Below, one piece after another: positions 59,695 to 64,000 of a stretch of 64,000 bases of DNA. Made by a program: the position numbers and the translations under genes. The first letter of the stretch is position 1. Each line of letters starts with the position of its first letter. The stretch spans positions 384,001 through 448,000 of the forward strand of contig CAXXRD010000002.1 in NCBI GenBank assembly GCA_963663895.2, given 5' to 3'. The notes beneath the pieces are model-generated. The model was not told where the DNA came from, did not search any database, and was given only the letters and a program-made list of their open reading frames with translations. The stretch is from Dehalococcoidia bacterium (GTDB lineage Bacteria; Chloroflexota; Dehalococcoidia; Bin125).

Positions 59695-60281
59695 GCGTGG
59701 TGTAGGCGGCGCCCGTCATAGGCGGACGCCTCGTCGGTGTAGATCGGCGCGTTCCAGCCCGCTTGCGTCACCACGAACCCTTGCAGCGTCGCCATGTCGG
59801 CGCGGCGCACGGCCTTGGCACGGACCGCGCCGGTCGCGCGATCCTTCACCCCGACCACGGTCGCCTTGCCGAGCGGCCAGTCGTTGCCGAGTTTCTTGCT
59901 GACGTGCTTGTTGCGCTCCTTGCCGCCCACCATCGTCTCGTCGGCTTCGACCGGGCCCACGAACGGGTCGGTCGGCTGCTCCATCGCCTTGCGGATGCGG
60001 TGCGCCAGGTGCCAAGCGCTCTTCTGGGTGATGCCGAGATCGCGGTGCAGCTTCATGCTGCTCACGCCCTTGAGGCTGGTGGTGAGCAAGTAGATCGCGA
60101 TCGCCCACGTCTGATAGCCCAGGTTCGACCCCTCCATCACGCTGCCGGTCTTGACGCTGAAGTGCTTGCCGCAGTCACGGCAGCGGTAGGGCATGGTCCT
60201 TTTCTTGCTCGGGGAGATCGCCGTCGATCCGCAGTGCGAGCAGTGCGGGCCATCCGGCCAGCGCTTCTGTATATAATCCCC
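59695..60281 (-). mobile_element. IS1595-family transposase relic, truncated at both ends, with left terminal repeat
   Basis: RWPDGPHCSHCG...YRCRDC Zn ribbon, KGVSSMKLHRDLGITQKSAW HTH, VEADET, IYTDE. The HTNxIE region is missing. GGGGATTATATAC abuts the coding remnant. Confidence 0.88.
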
Positions 60282-60464
60282 CGGGACCCGCCCACTCCGT
60301 TCCGGTGCCGGGGACGGGCTGCCGCGCCGCGTCGCGCCGATCGGACGGGATGAGGCTCCGGCGCGGCCGCTCGTGTGACGGTTTCCGCTCGGCTGCTACC
60401 ATCCGCAGGGTGCGCCATCGCGCGAGTCATCGTTCTGGGAGAGGCGGGTAGCAGCACGCATACG

Positions 60465-61244
60465 GTGCCAACTGAGGATCTAACGACCGAGGTCGCAGGA
60501 CTGTCGGTCCATCTGCTGCGCGGCGGGGGAGGGGATCCGGCGGTCGTGCTGCACCACTCCACGGGCCCGATCGGATGGGTGCCGTTCCACGATGAGTTGG
60601 CGCGGCGGTTTGCCGTGCACGCAGTGGACCTGCCGGGCTACGGACGGTCGGATCGGCCGAGCTGGGCGCGGCACCCCCGCGACTTGGCGATCCTGCTGAA
60701 CCGGGCGTTGGAGCAGCTGGAGATGGAAGGGGTGACGTTGATCGGGGCGGGGTTCGGGGGCTTCGTGGCGGCGGAGATGGCGGCGATGACGGATGCGCGT
60801 CTGCGGTCGCTGGTGCTCGTGGGCGCCGCGGGGATTCAGCCCGCAGAGGGCAAGATCCTGGATCAGATGGTGTTGAAGGAAGAGTTCTACGTGCAGAAAT
60901 CGTTCCGGGACGAGGAGTCGTTTCGGACGTTCTACGGCGAGGATGAAACGGGGGAGCTGGCAGATCTGTGGGACTTCAGCCGGGAGATGACGGCGCGGGT
61001 GACGTGGCGGCCCTACATGTTCGACCGCCGCTTGCCGCACGTCCTGTCCACGGTGCGCACTCCGACGCTGCTGGTATGGGGCGATGAGGATCGGGTAGTC
61101 CCGCACAGCTGCGCGGAGCTGTACGCAAGGGCGTTGCCAAACGCCCAGCTGGAGATCGTGCCCGGGGCCGGGCACGTGGTGGAGTATGAGAGGCCGGAGA
61201 CGGTCGCGCGGCTCATCGTTGAGCATGTAGGCTCTCTCGCATAA
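60465..61244 (+). CDS. Alpha/beta-hydrolase fold protein lacking the nucleophile Ser
   Basis: DLPGYGRS, elbow GAGFGG, PTLLVWGDEDRVV, GAGH. Confidence 0.87.
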   Translation: MPTEDLTTEVAGLSVHLLRGGGGDPAVVLHHSTGPIGWVPFHDELARRFAVHAVDLPGYGRSDRPSWARHPRDLAILLNRALEQLEMEGVTLIGAGFGGFVAAEMAAMTDARLRSLVLVGAAGIQPAEGKILDQMVLKEEFYVQKSFRDEESFRTFYGEDETGELADLWDFSREMTARVTWRPYMFDRRLPHVLSTVRTPTLLVWGDEDRVVPHSCAELYARALPNAQLEIVPGAGHVVEYERPETVARLIVEHVGSLA

Positions 61245-61296
61245 GGCACGTCCGGCACCCGCGCGATCAGGTGGCCGGTCCCAACGAGGTGCAGGG

Positions 61297-62586
61297 ATGT
61301 TCATTTCCTATTTCACGGAGCGGCCCTACCAAGACGAGCAGGGCGAGTACATCAACACGCTGGACCTGGCGAAGAGCAACGCCGACTACAACCCCGTCCT
61401 CGGCGGCGACCTCTATCACCGCTACTTAGACGAGAAGGTGTACGCGGAGGAGATGGGGTTCGACGGGCTGGTGCTGAACGAGCACCACAGCATGCCCGCC
61501 TGCATGGGGGGCGTGATCAACGTGGAAGCGTCGATCCTGGCACGGATCACGAAGCGGGCGAAGATCGTGCTGGCGGGCAATGTGCTGCCGATCTGGGACG
61601 ACCCGCTCTGGCTGGCCGAGACGTTGGCGATGATCGACGTGATCTCGCGGGGACGGTTGGTGTGCGGCTGGGTGCGAGGCACGGGGCGGGAGAGCGTGAC
61701 GCATAACACGCCGTCGCCATACAACTGGGAGCGCTACCAAGAGGCGCACGATCTGATCATGAAAGCGTGGACGGAGCCCGGGCCGTTCCGCTGGGAGAGT
61801 GAGCACTTCGACTACCGGTATGTGAATCCGTGGCCGCGACCGCTCCAGCAGCCCCCGCCGATCTGGATCCCCGGATCGTTGAGCAAGGCGACGGTGAAGT
61901 GGGCGGCGGAACGCCAGTTCCCGTACTTGATGCTGGCGACTGAGCATGAGCCGACGAAGCGATCCTTCGAGTACTACGACGCCTGTGCGCGGGAGGCGGG
62001 ACACGAGACCGGGTCGCAGCACCGGGGATATCTGTTCAAGGTGCACGTGGACGAGACGGAGGAGCTGGCGGAGCAGACGGCGCGCAAGTTCCTGCAGGGG
62101 CCGAGCAATCCGTTCCTGGAAGGGAACCAAGGCCAAGTGCGGGGGTTCATGCAGAATCTGCCGGGGATGAACTCGCGGACGGAGGTGCTGCCGACGATCG
62201 AGACGTGGGCGCCCGCCGTGGCGCGGGGGGCGCAGCGCCAGCACAGGAAGATCTTGGAAAAGAAGAAGATGGCGAAGGGGAAGGATCGCGACTATTCGGG
62301 ATCGTACGAGGAGCAGATCGCGAAGTACACGATCATCGCGGGGACGCCGGATCAGGTGGTGGAGAAGATCCGTCACGTGCTGGAGTATCTGCGTCCGGGG
62401 ATCATCGCGATCTGGGACGGCGACGGGGCGATGTCGCACGAGGACACGATGCGCGCCCTCCGGCTGCTGGGAGAGGAAGTGATCCCGCGCGTGCGGGAGA
62501 TCGGCAAGGAGCTGGATCTGCACTCGCCGTTCGAGGTCAGCCCGGTGACCAACAAGCCGGTCGCGGAAGCGGTGGGAGTGGGGTAG
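61297..62586 (+). CDS. LLM-class flavin-dependent monooxygenase
   Basis: GFDGLVLNEHH, AMIDVISRGRL, NPWPRPLQQPPPIWIPG. Confidence 0.92.
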   Translation: MFISYFTERPYQDEQGEYINTLDLAKSNADYNPVLGGDLYHRYLDEKVYAEEMGFDGLVLNEHHSMPACMGGVINVEASILARITKRAKIVLAGNVLPIWDDPLWLAETLAMIDVISRGRLVCGWVRGTGRESVTHNTPSPYNWERYQEAHDLIMKAWTEPGPFRWESEHFDYRYVNPWPRPLQQPPPIWIPGSLSKATVKWAAERQFPYLMLATEHEPTKRSFEYYDACAREAGHETGSQHRGYLFKVHVDETEELAEQTARKFLQGPSNPFLEGNQGQVRGFMQNLPGMNSRTEVLPTIETWAPAVARGAQRQHRKILEKKKMAKGKDRDYSGSYEEQIAKYTIIAGTPDQVVEKIRHVLEYLRPGIIAIWDGDGAMSHEDTMRALRLLGEEVIPRVREIGKELDLHSPFEVSPVTNKPVAEAVGVG

Positions 62587-62593
62587 TACGCCG

Positions 62594-63298
62594 CTAGCCG
62601 GGCTTGCGACCGCCGATGAGAACGAGGTCCAGCCGCTTCCAATAGCAGTCGAGCCGCTGGAGTCCGGCTTCGCGCAGCCAGCGGAGGTGATCGCCGAGCG
62701 GTTGTAGCTCGGTGTGCCGAATCTTGGTGCGGTCCCACGGTCGTTCGCCGCGCTCGCGGTGCTCGCGGTCGTCGATCTCCCAGTAGAGCGCCTGCAGGTC
62801 CGGATTGGGTGCGGCGACGATATCCAACTGGAGAAATACGCCGCCGGGGGCGAGGCGCGCGACGATGGCGCGGTAGAGGGAGCGCTTGTGCTCGGGATCG
62901 AGGTGATGAATGGCGAGCGCGGAGACAACGACGTCGTAGGGGCCGTCGAGAGCGTCCGGGAGGGCGCCGCCATCGAAGCTCCCAGTGTGGTAAGCGTAGC
63001 GGCCCTGGTAGGGAGCGAGACGCGCGTGGCCGATGCGCTGCATCTCTTCGGAGATGTCGAGGAGGGTGGCCGTCGCTCGGGGGAAGGCGGCGAGGACGGC
63101 AGCGGCGGCGGCACCGAAGCCGGCGCCGACATCGAGAACGGCGAGCGGATGGTCCTGCGGATGAGGGATGAGCTTGACGAGGAGATCGAACTGCTGGCGG
63201 CGCTCGGCGGCACGGCGATCACTGCGCGCGACGAAGTCGCGGACATTGGCAGGATCGGTCCAGTGGTGACCGGGACCGCCGTTGGGATCGGTGTCCAT
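62594..63298 (-). CDS. Class I SAM-dependent methyltransferase (CmoA-like)
   Basis: VLDVGAGFG, YDVVVSALAIHHL, LAPGGVF. Start at ATG 63298 overlapping the upstream stop. Confidence 0.88.
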   Translation of the reverse strand: MDTDPNGGPGHHWTDPANVRDFVARSDRRAAERRQQFDLLVKLIPHPQDHPLAVLDVGAGFGAAAAAVLAAFPRATATLLDISEEMQRIGHARLAPYQGRYAYHTGSFDGGALPDALDGPYDVVVSALAIHHLDPEHKRSLYRAIVARLAPGGVFLQLDIVAAPNPDLQALYWEIDDREHRERGERPWDRTKIRHTELQPLGDHLRWLREAGLQRLDCYWKRLDLVLIGGRKPG

Positions 63299-64000
63299 CA
63301 CCCGTTGATGTCGACAAGCTCGTAGCGAGGCGGCTCGGCCCAGTTTTCCTGGGGCGGGCTCTCCTGCTGCGCGAGCGCGCGGCGACGGTCTTCCTCTTCG
63401 ATCCTCTTGGCGCGCCGGACGATCTCGCGACGTGTGTGCGCGATGGCTTTCTCGCCGGCGGTCGCGAGGGGATTGACCGTGCGATGCTTGCCGGGGATGA
63501 GGCGGATACGGCCCTCCCGCTGGAGCTGTTGCAGGTGGGCGCGGACGTTGCCGTCCGCAGCACGGCGGAGCTTCCTGTCGATGTCGGTATAGAGGCGCAG
63601 CATGATCTCCCAACTGCTCAGGGGACCGCTGGCTTGGAGGACGGCGAGGATCTGCTCCTCCCGGGTGTCGCGGTGGGTGATGTAGGTGCGGAGACGGTCG
63701 GCGGCATCGTGAACGAGGGGGCCGTGGCCCGGACAGATGAGCTTGAGGTTGGGAAGGGCGGCGAGGCGGCGGAGGGAGGCGCGGTAGGCGGCGAGATCGT
63801 GCACGGTGGTGGTCCCGACGCCGAGGATGGTGTCGCCCGTAAAGAGGACCCCGTCGTCTTCGAGGTAGTAGCAAACGGAGTCGGGAGAGTGGCCGGGAGT
63901 CGCGAGGACTTGGACGGTGAGACCGCCGCCGAGGTCGATCGAGCGGCCATCCTGCAAGTGATCAACGCCAGTAGCGGGGAGACGGTTGCCGAGGAGGTCG
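63298..64000 (-). CDS. Metallo-beta-lactamase fold hydrolase with C-terminal winged helix (LACTB2-like), 5' end outside window
   Basis: TPGHSPD, LFTGDTILG, CPGHGP, YITHRDTRE, RAHLQQL. Confidence 0.88.
   Translation of the reverse strand, partial: DLLGNRLPATGVDHLQDGRSIDLGGGLTVQVLATPGHSPDSVCYYLEDDGVLFTGDTILGVGTTTVHDLAAYRASLRRLAALPNLKLICPGHGPLVHDAADRLRTYITHRDTREEQILAVLQASGPLSSWEIMLRLYTDIDRKLRRAADGNVRAHLQQLQREGRIRLIPGKHRTVNPLATAGEKAIAHTRREIVRRAKRIEEEDRRRALAQQESPPQENWAEPPRYELVDING

Noticed and set aside
51183-60281. One composite IS1595 transposon spanning both termini
   Set aside because: The two ends are in direct, not inverted, orientation, and the enclosed genes have host-like composition.

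Overview
High-GC bacterial chromosome segment dominated by catabolic paralogue expansions. It holds six luciferase-like (LLM) flavin/F420 oxidoreductases, four hydantoinase-B/oxoprolinase subunits but only one A subunit, two SDRs, three SnoaL/NTF2 proteins, two HpcH aldolases, two amidohydrolase-2 enzymes, a CoxSLM-like molybdo-hydroxylase, a class III CoA-transferase pair, an amidase and ABC/MFS transporters. This content suggests a SAR202/Dehalococcoidia-like Chloroflexota genome, possibly host-associated (inference). Four accessory patches interrupt it. (1) A more AT-rich ~4.5 kb islet (about 2.4-6.9 kb) encodes an 1127-aa restriction-endonuclease-like/STAND-NTPase protein overlapping a PLD-like protein, and sits against a truncated enoyl-CoA hydratase gene. 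This is the best candidate for an undescribed anti-phage system. (2) A two-gene PUA/EVE-like + PD-(D/E)xK nuclease / small winged-helix module at 46.2-47.6 kb. (3) and (4) Two IS1595 (ISNwi1-type end) relics, one carrying a passenger gene and one beside a secreted protein whose putative promoter contains a C14 tract. Other oddities are a J-domain/flavin-reductase fusion, a LexA-like box before an atypical recQ, and a GNAT with a C-terminal Zn-finger. The 31.2-38.0 kb region has many +1 homopolymer frameshifts, most likely sequencing errors. No rRNA, canonical tRNA or CRISPR array was seen. All family calls come from motif recognition by eye, not database searches.
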